64,000 nucleotides of DNA from Azolla caroliniana. Lineage: Eukaryota > Plantae > Polypodiophyta. This document shows, one piece after another, positions 10,801-22,149 of this stretch. The DNA is taken from positions 16,554,001 to 16,618,000 of the forward strand of contig JBHGNT010000016.1 in NCBI GenBank assembly GCA_043228905.1, written 5' to 3'. The notes under the pieces are model-generated. The model did no database searches, was not told the origin of the DNA, and saw nothing but the letters and a program-made list of their open reading frames with translations. Positions within the stretch are counted from its first letter, which is position 1. Each line of letters begins with the position of its first letter. The position numbers and the translations under genes are program-made.

Positions 10801-13290
10801 ATTTCGAATAGGGGTACAATCTTCGGGTTCTCCAGCAAGTACTGATCTTCTTCTTCGTCTCCTAATTCTTCCAGCATATTGACGCACTCCGCATATAACG
10901 GTGTCAGATCCTTGCCGGTGCCCTTCCTTGGTTGTGTTGGTACCCGTACCTTCGCTTTTTCCCGCCGGAACATAATCATATTCCTCCTCCAGTTCTGCTT
11001 GATGTGTGCCGTCTTTAACCAAGGGCATCCCAATAATAATGGGTACGCTCCTTGAGCCTGCAACTTGAGAACTACGGCTGAGATTTGGAATGTGTGGCCC
11101 CCGATGGTTACTTCTAAGTCCCGTATTAATCCTGTTGGTCGCACCGAGCTTGTGTCCGCCATTCGGAGTCAGAACGGACATGGCTCCCACTCTTGGATTC
11201 CAAGAGCATCGCACGTCCGGAGGCTGATTACATTAACGCCGGAGCCTCCGTCTATTATCGTGCCAAGGAGTTCTTTCCCTTTCACAATGGCCGTAATTGC
11301 TAGACTGTTGGTGTCCACCACCGCCGGTCCCTCCTCCGGATTTGAGAAGAATGTTGGAGCCGGTGGTGTTCCGCCTGTCGACATGCCAAACTTGAGTCCT
11401 TCTGTGAATCTTGGTACTAGCTGCAAGAGTCGTCCTAATGGTAGCACGATCTGGCATTCCTGCAATACCTGCCATGTCACGTTTTCGGACTGACTGCCAT
11501 CGGCGAGCTCTTCGGTGTTCTCCTTTTGCTGCGCAAGTTCTGCTACGTTTCGCTCATTTGCCTTTTTCACCTATTCCGTTGCCTGTTTCCGGATGGCCTC
11601 TTGTGTCTCCCATTCCGTCGTCTTGCCCTTCGACCTTGTGGTGACCTGCTGTAGGTCTACGATTTCAGCGACTACCATGTTTACTGCCGATCGCTTATCA
11701 TAGCTCTTTGCCGGACATTGATTACTGTAATGTCCTTCTTTCCGGCAATAATAGCAATATGCTTTCCAGGTATTGCTGGATTCGGCATTGTTTCCTGGAC
11801 ATGGTGGAGGGCCTGTGGTAACCGCGGGGCTCTGGTCCGGTTGGCTGCTTGAGGCGCCTTTTTCCGGTTCACGTGGGTGGCTCCCGTTTTTGAAATGTTG
11901 TTTTTTATTAAAGTTCTTTTTGTTACGGTACCATTGCCGGGGTTGGTCGTCATACCTCCCGTAATCTTCCCGTCGTTGGTGATAACCGGGGGAGTGATCC
12001 CGGTTGTGATGCTCGTACTGTCCATTGTAATCTCGGTACTTGTCATATCTCTTGTACCGGTCATAGTTGTCTCACCGATTGTCGTACCGGACATCCTGTG
12101 CCGGTCGATATCACTCCTCTCGCCGCCAGCGTTCGTCTTCTTCGTCTCAGCTGCTACGTGGCTCAATTTGCCGGACTGGTGGTGCTTGCTGATTCAATAA
12201 GTTATATTCACACCGGTCCATCGTGTGGCTCGTAGATTGGCAGAGTAAGCAGTGCGTCCGCATGGTGCACTCCAGTGACGAGTGTTTGGAATTCAAGCAA
12301 GTTGAACATTGGATTGCTTGCCGGAAACGGAGATCCTCATCGGTTGGTAATGCTCGTTGGAGGGCTCCCATTGTTAGCCAAGAGCTCGTTTTCTCCATTT
12401 CTCTAACCCGGTCGATGACCTAGTCGACAGTGCTTGTGTGAAAGTCGATGACCATGCATACCGTTCGTAGAGGTTCCCGGAGCGCGGCTAAAAATATAGC
12501 CCACGTTTCTTCCTCCGGAGGTGCGTGGGTAAGCTGATTGTGCATTCGTTGAAACCGGATGACAAACTGCGGGATGCTCTCCCCGGGGTCCTGCCGAATG
12601 GTATAAAATAAGCCCACCATTTCTCGCTGGTCCACCTCCTTTTGGAAGAAGTGCAAGAATTTGTCTTTCAGGTCCGCAAAGGTGGTGATGGTGCTGCGAT
12701 CCTGCGTCCAGTGCCATCGTTCCTCTTCTACCATGGTTAACCGTTGTCACACATGGTTTGCCTCCCATGTTTGCCTCCCATCATCCCTATACTTGGAGTA
12801 CTGGAACGACATGTCGTCGTCCGGTGTCGGTACCTAGGCTGGTGGTGTCGGTGGTCTTTCCTGTTGTTCCGTCGACGTCGGAGGTCTTTGCCGGTCTTTT
12901 TCCGTCTCCAGAGGTTGCTCCACGTCTAGTGCCGGAGGTTCCTGGTCTGCCAACTCTGGTTCTGTTGTCGGTGAGGTATCTGACTCCTCGTCCTCCAGTC
13001 CTCCTGGGGTGTCATTACTACTGCGATAATTCGTGTGCGCGCTGTAACCCCCTTCTGAATCCGATTCCAGCGCTGAAAATGCTTCAGATTCGCCATTTCT
13101 TCCGGCTAAGGCCTGGAGAAGGGTTTCCGCTTCCCGGAGGCTGCCTAAGTTGCTTCCTTCGTCCGGGTAGGCGTTTTGTTGCAGACGAAGCGACTCCTCC
13201 GCCAGTTTCCGGATCACTCTGGAAAATGATCGATCCGTTCAGATTTCTTCCGCTGCTTGCTGGAAAGCTCTCGCCGCCTTCTCCGTTCAG
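7806..13290 (-). pseudogene. pol: B gag-pol with many stops and frameshifts
   Basis: IIDGGSGVN (PR), FLDGFSGYNQI and FLDDF (RT), VDASDIAIG (RH), H-H-C-C plus WGLDF and YPQANGLAE (INT). Confidence 0.92.
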
Positions 13291-13394
13291 CAAGTCTTCA
13301 TGCCCTCTCCGTAACCGGGTCGTCTATTGGCCTAGTCGTCCATTCCTGCCGCTGTTCACTACGATTATGCAGGAATCGTGGTCGCCAAAAACTG

Positions 13395-13854
13395 TGTTAA
13401 TCCTAGGGGCTGGACAATAGCCAAACACAGGGTGTCCACTTAAGACACTTCTCCAAAGGGTGGTACGGCAAAATGACTTACGGCACAACGCTTAATTAGA
13501 CCTTAATTGGTTACTTAGCAATCCATAATTAACACGCGTAAGATATAACAATGACTACAGAACGGTAATCAACACTGAGAGATTAAGACAATAAGCTCTA
13601 TTAATTATTTGCTTCTGATTACATGATAATCAGGCCTTTATATAGGTCTCCGGTGCGAAATACAAAACGGTGCCAACCGGCACCTTTACGGGATCGGTCC
13701 GGATCCAGATCGGCATACCGATTCCGGTCCGTCCGTCCACATCTTCTCATATATTAATATCTCTATTAAGATTACTAATTACAACAGTTCCCGAATAAAC
13801 TATTCCTTTTCACACTTTGATTTGGACCTCAAGCCTTCTTGTCAGCCGGTAACA
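13395..13854 (-). repeat. B 5' LTR (460 bp)
   Basis: TGTTA...TAACA ends, CCTATATAAAGG TATA on the minus strand, homologous to 41438-41856. Confidence 0.9.
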
Positions 13855-14603
13855 CCGTGTATAGTCGTCGATGAAGGAGACGAAATATCGACTCCCGCCA
13901 AGACTAACATTTTGTGCAGGCCCCCATACATCGGAGTGTATCAAGTCGAGCTTGTTCCGGCTCCAGTTACACTCGTCTAGGAAAGGAAGTTGGTGTTGCT
14001 TCCCTAGCTGGCAGGCTTCACAAATTTTTGCCTTCCGGCCACTAAATTTGGGCAATCCGAACACCACTTGTTTCGATTGCAGGTCCTAAAGCCGTTGATA
14101 GTTGACGTGGCCTATCTGCTTGTGCCATAAGTCGATATCCGACTCGACTTTTTGTCCTTTCGTGAACATTGCGGTGCCACCATCACTAGAGTCGAGGATA
14201 AACATCCTCTCGTCTCTACGCCCTTGCGCGATAACTCGGCCTTCTTCCTCGATGAAGTACCCGAGATGCGTAAACCGAACTTGCATCCCTTGGTCGACAA
14301 TCTGTCCGACCAACACCAGGTTCTTCGTGATTATTGGAACATGTAACATGTTCATGAGTTTCCCTTTTTGCCCGACATGGCTTAGAGGAACTTCACCGAC
14401 ATTCGCGATTGGATGCGGAGTGTCATCTCCGGTTGCCACTACTCCCGGCTGCATCGGTTTTTCTAGGTACGAGAACCACTCCTTGTGGCACATCATGCGG
14501 TTTGACACGCCAGAGTTGACGTGCCACACCTCGTCCGACTTCGGGATGATCTTCTTCATCGATTTTGCTTCGTGTCTCGTCACGAAGACTGACCCTTTTC
14601 CGG

Positions 14604-15525
14604 TGTCGTGAAAATCCGCCAATAACCGTGGATCGTGAGGCGGAACTATCGGGGTTCTAGACGGGAAGGATTTAGGGTTTCACACTTAATGTATTTTAGG
14701 CGTAAAGAGGAGCGATTTCCCTCTAATAAGAGTAAATTGGTAGTATAAGAGATCGAATAATAGTTAATTACATTTATGCATAAGCAAATCTTCGAGTAGG
14801 AGATTATGTGAGATTGAATAATACCTAATAATGCTAATAAGTAAGAAAAGCTTAGATTATGGGAGTATGAATGACACTTAATTATCTTTATACATAAGCA
14901 ATGTTTAAAATAAGAGAGCATAAGAGAAGAAATATGGAAAGTTTTTATTACTAAATCATCAATATAATGGACTTGTTTTGATACATGATTTATTTGTTTT
15001 TCTATCTCCCCTTTTGGGGTATAAGAGTATGAGAGAGGAAATATAAATCTTTTCTTATTCAATCCCCGTCTCCTTCTTCTTAAAATAAGCTCTTATTTAT
15101 AGGTTTACTATGGTTTGCTTTATTTTTCTCCTAAAAAAAAGCTTGTCTATATGAGTTGCGTTTTATTTCTATCACTATTTTAGTTTTGTAAGTCCAAATT
15201 AGACATGCAAGCTACTTTTGGAAAGCCCTTTGAGTTATCTTTCTTATGAATATTTTCTTGTCTAATTTGGACACCGGATTAGGAAATTATGAGCTTTTTT
15301 TCTCTACCTTGCTCCTCAATTCCACGCCTTGCGTTTTTTTTGCGTTATTATTATTTTATTTTTTTTACTTTTTCTATTTTTTTCTACTTTTGAAAATTCG
15401 CTTCTACCTTCTTATCTTTTCATCATTTATTACAAAAGTTGACTTTACAATATTAGTTTATTTCAACTACTACTTTATTCTTTTTTGGTGGTGGTTTCAC
15501 ACTATGTATTGAAAACATCACGACA
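14604..15525. repeat. Solo LTR (922 bp) with 4-bp TSD, termini similar to the G family
   Basis: TGTCGTG...CACGACA, TSD CCGG at 14600-14603 and 15526-15529, AT-rich interior, interrupts C coding sequence. Confidence 0.85.
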
Positions 15526-16531
15526 CCGGCTTTTCCGGATCCTTCGGCGTAGTGCGATCACTGCCGATCTCCTTTGTCGGTATATCCGGAACCTGATCCG
15601 GACCCGGTTCTCTCCGAATTGGCATGCTTTTTCTAGAACTCGCTCTCCCTATGGCCTTTCTTGCCATAGTACCAACATTCCGCAGCGGAATTCCCTTGCC
15701 TGTTCTCATCGCCTCGACTCCCCCTATTTCCGAAGGGTCCAGAGTTGACGTTGGCATCACTTCGGTACCTTCTTTCTTGATCCCGTCAGCTGCCTCCATT
15801 GCGCACCGACTCGCCTCGTCCGCCACAACCACAAGGTCTATCTCCCTCCGTGTATAGCATCTTGTTGTCGGCATGCGTGCTTGTCAACGCACCCGCATGA
15901 TTCTCTTCTACAAGGAGCATCGATTGTAGGTCGAAAAACGACGGCATATTCTCCCGTGTACACACAGCCGTTCGGAACGCTCCGAACTTCGACGCCAGTC
16001 CCCCGAGACAGATCTGCACCATCTCGCCTTCCTCGATGTCCACATCGATAGAAGCTAGGGAGTCGCATCTCTATGATCTTCGAGGTGTAATCAGCCACCA
16101 ACAAGTCGCGTTGTCGTAGGTTGCTCAGCTCCTGTCGGAGTTGAAGCTTCCTGGCTATAGTGCTTGCGGCGAAAATCTTCTTCAGATTTCCCCAAGCATC
16201 TTTCAGCGTTTTTGCATCCCGAATGTAGCTTAGGAGTTGTTCACCCACACATGACGTGAAGCAGTGCAGTACTCTGCTCGCCTACTATTCCCACGCCGGG
16301 AAATCTCTATGTGGCTATTCAGGTGCTATGTCATTTGCTCCGTCGACATAGCTCCAGTAACCGTGCCCGAGCAGGTACTAGTGCATCTTGTAGGACTAAG
16401 ACGCGTAGTTGTTTCTGTCGAGCTTCTCGGTAGGAAGTGAGCTAGTCATGCCTTTATCCATTTTGCCGTTTTTTTTCTCTGTTCTTCTTGGTTGGTTTTC
16501 TTTTCAAGCTATGTCGGTTGCTCTGATACCA

Positions 16532-16989
16532 TGAAAAGAATAGTGTGCGAAAGCAAGTAGAAAACCGAACACAGAAAATACGCAGGTTTAATGGAGAGCT
16601 TGAATATACACAGTACATGAGAGAGACAGAGAGAGAGTGATAGAAGACACGAGACTCTATTCAAAAATAATACTCAGTCTGTACATACACCATGCTCAGT
16701 GAGCACCTTTTATACAAGCCCTGACAATCGGGCTGACACAAGTACTGGCAGTACTTGAATGCTCATAAATGAGCCTACTAGACTAACTCCCAAAATTATT
16801 CCTTACGAGGAATATCTTCCCAACGGCCTCACGGTTTACGCACCGCTATGACCTCTCGTTGCGAACCGGTTTGCATAATAGTTTATGCACCCGGTTTACG
16901 CACCGGTCCGGCCTAACCGATCGGTGCCAACCGATCCGGTTCTCGGCTTGCACAGTCGATCCGACCAATGTTGAGCTTGTATCTCAACA
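16532..16989 (-). repeat. C 5' LTR (458 bp)
   Basis: Minus strand starts TGTTGAGATACAAGCTCAACA like the E LTRs and ends CA adjacent to the PBS. Confidence 0.9.
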
Positions 16990-17090
16990 CTTTCATCGAG
17001 AACTCGATGCACTGCATTGAGATCTCGTTGAAAGAGGTGTCCCTTTCAATGGGACTCGATGCACTACGTCGAGTTCCTGTTGAAAGGGAG
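16990..17090. repeat. Two tandem ~46-bp imperfect palindromes
   Basis: CTTTCA..ACTCGATGCA-C-T(G/A)C(A/G)T(T/C)GAG..TGAAAG present twice. Confidence 0.75.
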
Positions 17091-17111
17091 ACTCTTGATT
17101 GGGCGACATGC

Positions 17112-19977
17112 TGTTAGATGGATGGAGATTTATTTCTCGAAGCAATGTGATGTAATACCCACCACTAGAAGGTATTGAGCGGCAAGCTCAACCAGATCCA
17201 GATCGGCATCCAGAAGGATGAGCTGGATCGGTGAGCCGGTGAGCTAGCGAGCCGGTGAGCTGGGGAGCCAGTTAGCCAGATCCAGCAATAACTGGAAGCC
17301 TAGTAATAGCTTAGATTATTAGCTAGTTAATAGTCTCGTAATTAGTGTCAGACGCTCGTGTCAGCATTGAAGTATGTTGTATTTCTATCAATCCTCTACG
17401 GACTTGTATAAATAGTGTTGTTGAGCACATTTCATGTACAGAGAATTATTATTGTTTTGGAATAGATTTACATCCTTTTGCTCTCTCACTCTCTCTGTCT
17501 CTCCCGCGTACACTTTGTGTTAATCTCTCTCTCTCTCTCTATTGCTATCTGACAAGGCCGGTTTGTCTAACGCTTCTGCACAAACGTTAACATGGTATCA
17601 GAGCGCGAGGGTTGAAAACCTCTACAACCGACATTTGCTTTCACAAGACAAACCCTACAGGTTGTGAGAACATAACAGTAGACAGAGAAAAGAAAAAATA
17701 TGGACAAAGGTATGGCGAGTTCACTTCCTACAAAGAAGCTCGACCGGAGCAACTACGCGTCCTGGTCATACAAAATGCACCAATACCTACTGGGGCATGG
17801 GTATTGGAGTTTCGTGGAAGGAACGAATGAGGTAGCACCAGAGACTGGACACAAGGACTTCCCAGTATGGGAGCAAGGAACGAGCAGAGTATTATACTGC
17901 CTCGCGTCTTGTGTGCACAACCAGATGCTCGGTTACATCAGAGATGCAAAGACACCAAAGGAGGCTTGGGAAAATCTACGTAAGATTTTCGCCGCAAGTA
18001 CCACAACCTGTAAGTTGCAGCTTCGGCAAGAGCTGAACAACATCCAACAAAGAGATATGTCGTGCGATGCACTTGGGTCCATCAACGTGATGGTGGACGA
18101 AGACGAAATGGTACAAATCTTCCTTGGTGGTCTAGTGCAAAGGTACGGACCAATCCGGACAGCGATTTGCACCCGGAAGAAACCACTGACCTTCTTCGAC
18201 TTGCAGTCAATGCTGATGGTCGAAGAAATCCACGCGATTGGGTCCAGGACCACTCAATCAAACAACCGGATGTTGTACACAGAGGCGGATAGGCCCCGTG
18301 GGCCTGGAGGACAAGGTGGGTCGGCACGCACTGGAGGCGGCCGGCAAGAGCAGGAAAGAAGGCACAGAGAACGCACCGACAGTAGTTCCGGAACATCCAC
18401 AAGCAGGGGGAGTCAAGGTGGCGCTAGAGGCCGGCAAGATAAATCCGCCATGGAATGCTTGTACTGTGGCAAAAAGGGCCACAGAGAAAGCGTGTACCAG
18501 ATGAGAAGCGTAGGAAGTTGGATGCAAAGTCGGAGAAATGCATCCTCGTCGGCTACTCACATGAGCAAAAGGGGTATAAGTGTTATAACCCCAGATGATG
18601 CAGGTCTGAGTTAGCCGCGATGTCGAGTTCGATGAAACGGCTTCATGGTATTCCTTACCAACTCCAACTTCCAACCCCAACCCAATGCCGGAGGATGAGG
18701 CTAGTGAGCCTATACCGGCCCAAGTAGAAGATGATGAATCCGGGACTCAAGAAGAGAGTCCAGAATCGTTTCGGTTGAGTGGGCCGAACGAGAGACTGGA
18801 TCAATCCGACCAGTCCAATGAGGATCCGGCGAGTAGTGAAGACTTTGTCATGCTCTCCCTACACAAGGAACCGAGGAAACGGTTCACGCGCATGACGGAA
18901 TGCCGACCGATCTCCACACCCCTAGACCGGAACCAGAAGCTCTGTCCTGACTCCGGACCGGCCTGTGATGAGAAACGGTTTTGACAAATGGTCGGAAGCC
19001 TTATATACTTGACCATCACCTGACCCGACATCAACTATCCGGTCGGCGTGATCAACCAATATATACAGCAACCGACCGTGGAGCACCTTCTGTGCGCGCA
19101 TCGAATTTTGCGATATGTGAACAGCACGGAGGAACTGGGACTGTTATACCAGCATGGTATAACCGAAGAGATAGTTGGCTACACCGATGCCGACTTGGCC
19201 AGCGATGCATCAGATCGCCGATCCACCTCCGGATATATGTTTTCCCTTGGTAGCGCGGCTGTTGTGTGGAGCGGCAAAAAGCAGCCAACAGTGGCCCTTT
19301 CGAGTACTGAGGCTGAATATCAGGGCGCTACCGTCGCCACCTGTGAAGCCATTTGGCTTCGGCGACTGCTGCAAGACGTACGGATCAAGGTACCGACCCC
19401 GATCCTGATCCACTATGACAATATGAGCAGCATGCAGCTCACCAAAAACCTTGTATTCCATGCTCGCACAAAGCACATAGAAGTGCACTACCACTTCATG
19501 TGTGAGCGTGTCCTGAGCGGTGACGTCGAACTTCGGTATGTTCATATGGATCGGCAAGTTGCCGACATCTTCACCTAACCGCTCGGATCGGACAAGTTGC
19601 AGCACTTGACCGAAATGCTTGGTGTTCAGCATCTCGACGTGCCACACTTGAGGGGGAGAATGGGCAAAGACACCGGAACGGGCAAAGGCAAAGAGATTGT
19701 TGATTGCACTGGTAAGGGAAGAACCGTCAAGGGGAGAGACAAGAAGAAGAAAGGAGTCGATTCAACAAAGGAAGTTGACACATCCGAACAAGTCGGAACA
19801 AGCGGTAGCAGTGGGAGAATCAAGAAGGACAAAGCTGACCGGAAGAAGAAGGCAAAGACCCGGACATGGTCCGATGTGGTGAAGGGCCTGAGACAGCCGA
19901 TTCAGTTCAACAGAAGGATTCCTAAGAACCGGATCAATCCAAGAAATTAGCGAGGTTCTCCAAGAAATTAGCGAGGT
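17112..19977 (+). mobile_element. Element D: internally deleted, 3'-truncated Ty1/Copia
   Basis: LTR 17112-17592 (TGTTA..TAACA), iMet PBS at 17593, gag 17700 to ~18490 fused to INT C-terminus, second deletion near 18890 to the RT end, RNase H (YTDADLA, SSTEAEY, HIEVHYHF). Confidence 0.9.
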
Positions 19978-20096
19978 GCGATGCTTTCAAACTTCCTATG
20001 CTATCAAGGTTGATTACTAAAGCTTATACCCCCAAGCCAGATGTGCAACATTTAGATGAAGTATATGATTTCAAACGCTTCTATTTGGATGGTGAT

Positions 20097-21919
20097 TGTC
20101 AAGAGAGAGAGAGAGAGATAATTCAAAGGGAATTATTATATTGAAGAGTAAAATGGATTACAAAGAGTAAGCAATAGAGTGCTACAAAATAGTGTTGAAA
20201 CCATTTAGGTTTGGGGTAAGTGGTAGATCCCTATTTATAAGTAATAGAGAATACTCTAGAATATTCTAAGTTCTCCTAGAATGTAGAGTAATCTAGAAGA
20301 TTTCTAGAGTATTCTAAAAGGTTCTAGTGTATAGAACACTCTAGAATATTCTAGGTTATTCTAGAATGTAGAGTAATATAGAATATTCCTATGATATTAG
20401 ATTTCATATTCTAAAAACTACATATAAGAATGTTAATACAATGGTTAAAGATTTGACATGTGTACAACAAGGTCATGGGTTCAAATCCTTTTGAGGCATA
20501 ATGTGAGTCTCATGATCCTTTAGATGCATGATGTGAGTGTCATCATGACACTATCCTCTTTCTTCGACGACACGTCGCACAAGTCGTAGGGTTTGTATTA
20601 GGACCTTTTTTACGAGGATATTGCTGATGAAATGCAGTGACAAGTTCCGCAGCATTGGAAAGATTTGCAGCAGGTTCCCAAGTTTGATCATTGCGGGTAT
20701 AGCCTAGCTAATCGACTAAGTAATATAGCTTGTTGCGCACGATTTTATAGTCGAGAATGGCATCAACTTCAAATTCGGCTCCATCCAAGAACTCGACAGG
20801 TTGTGGGGGTGTCGTAAAACGGCCTGGAATTGAACTTGTAGTATAAGGTTCCAAAAGGGATAATTGAAACACCGGATGAAGATGCATGTGCGGAGGGAGA
20901 CCAATACGAAATGCAACATCAAGTATCTTACCAGTGATGATGTAAGGGCCAAAACGTTGGTAATCCAATTTACTGCAAGATCGAGTGGTCTTGATGTTGT
21001 GTTGGAGAAGCCATACATGATCCCCAACGTAGAACTTTTCTGAGCAGTCTAGACGATGACGATTGGCAAGCCTCTTGTGTGTAACTTGAGCATCCTGTAA
21101 ATTGTGGAGAATGGTTGTGTGAATTTTTTGGAGGCGACTAAGATGATCCTCGGCAGTAGGGTTCGTAGGAATGTCTGGATGTGCATTCATCGTCCACCGA
21201 GGATGACAACCCATATTTGCGAAAAATGGGGAATATACTATAGAAGAATGGGCTAAGTTATTGTAAGCAAATTCCTCCAAGTGCAAAAAATCAACCCAAT
21301 CATCTTGTTGATAGTTGATGAAACAACGAAGATATTGCTCCAACGTTTGGTTGGTACGCTGAGTTTGGCGATTTGTTTCGATATGATAGCCCGAAGAAAG
21401 CTTAACCGAAATGTGGAGAAGTTTGAACATGTGCTTCATAAACTTTGAGACGAATTTTGTAGCACTTTGTTGCCTACTCTTTGTAATCCATTTTACTCTT
21501 CAATATAATAATTCCCTTTCAATTATCTCTCTCTCTCTCTCTCTCTCTCTGTCTTGACAGTTTGAACCAATTTAGGTTTGGGATGAGTGGTAGATCCCTA
21601 TTTATAAGTAATAGAGAATACTCTAGAATATTCTAGGTTATCCTAGAATGTAGAGTAATCTAGAAGATCTCTAGAGTATTCTGGAAGGTTCTAGTGTATA
21701 GAACACTCTAGAATATTCTAGGTCATTCTAGAATGTAGAGTAATATAGAATATTCCTATGATATTAAATTTCATATTCTAAAAACTATACATATAAGAAT
21801 GTTAATACAATGGTTAAAGATTTGACATGTGTACAACAAGGTCGTGGGTTCAAATCCTTTCGAGGCATAATGTGAGTGTCGTGATCCTTTCAATGCATGA
21901 TGTGAGTGTTATTATGACG
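20097..21919 (-). mobile_element. Element F: deleted chromovirus (INT C-terminus plus chromodomain only) with rearranged 5' LTR
   Basis: TSD GTGAT at 20092-20096 and 21920-21924; 3' LTR 20097-20550; PPT GAAGAAAGAGGATAG; FGPY, HPVF and FEVDAILD..KLYYLVD motifs. Confidence 0.92.
20551..21453 (-). pseudogene. pol: F integrase C-half and chromodomain
   Basis: ORF 20708-21439 plus in-frame continuation, homologous to the K pol C-terminus. Confidence 0.9.
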
Positions 21920-22149
21920 GTGATAGGACTAGATGTAGGGTTCTTTCTCCTTATAACTTAATAATATAAGTTTTAACCACATCTTCCTCATCAAAAAAGG
22001 TGTGGTCAATCACAACCAAACCATGTTGTATGCCAAACAATACTCATCTAGTTCGTAATGGGAGCCACAAGACGGATGTAGGCTCTTATTGCATTTCCCA
22101 TATGCAATAATCTATGGTGCCGAGGAAATGCCCTATGACGACCATAAAA

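Larger units (their letters stand above)
7294..13854 (-). mobile_element. Element B: degenerate non-chromovirus Ty3/Gypsy element; 3' end displaced off-window by A
   Basis: 5' LTR 13395-13854, PBS TGGCGACCAC (tRNA-Arg-like), fragmented gag-PR-RT-RH-INT; interrupts the Copia C integrase after FIDDYTR. Confidence 0.92.
13855..16989 (-). mobile_element. Element C: degenerate Ty1/Copia, 5' half (LTR, gag, PR, GAG-pre-integrase, start of INT)
   Basis: LTR 16532-16989, PBS TGGTATCAGAGC (tRNA-iMet) 16531-16520, gag ATG 16461, WHVNSG, LWHKQIGH, LIHSDVWGP. Confidence 0.92.
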
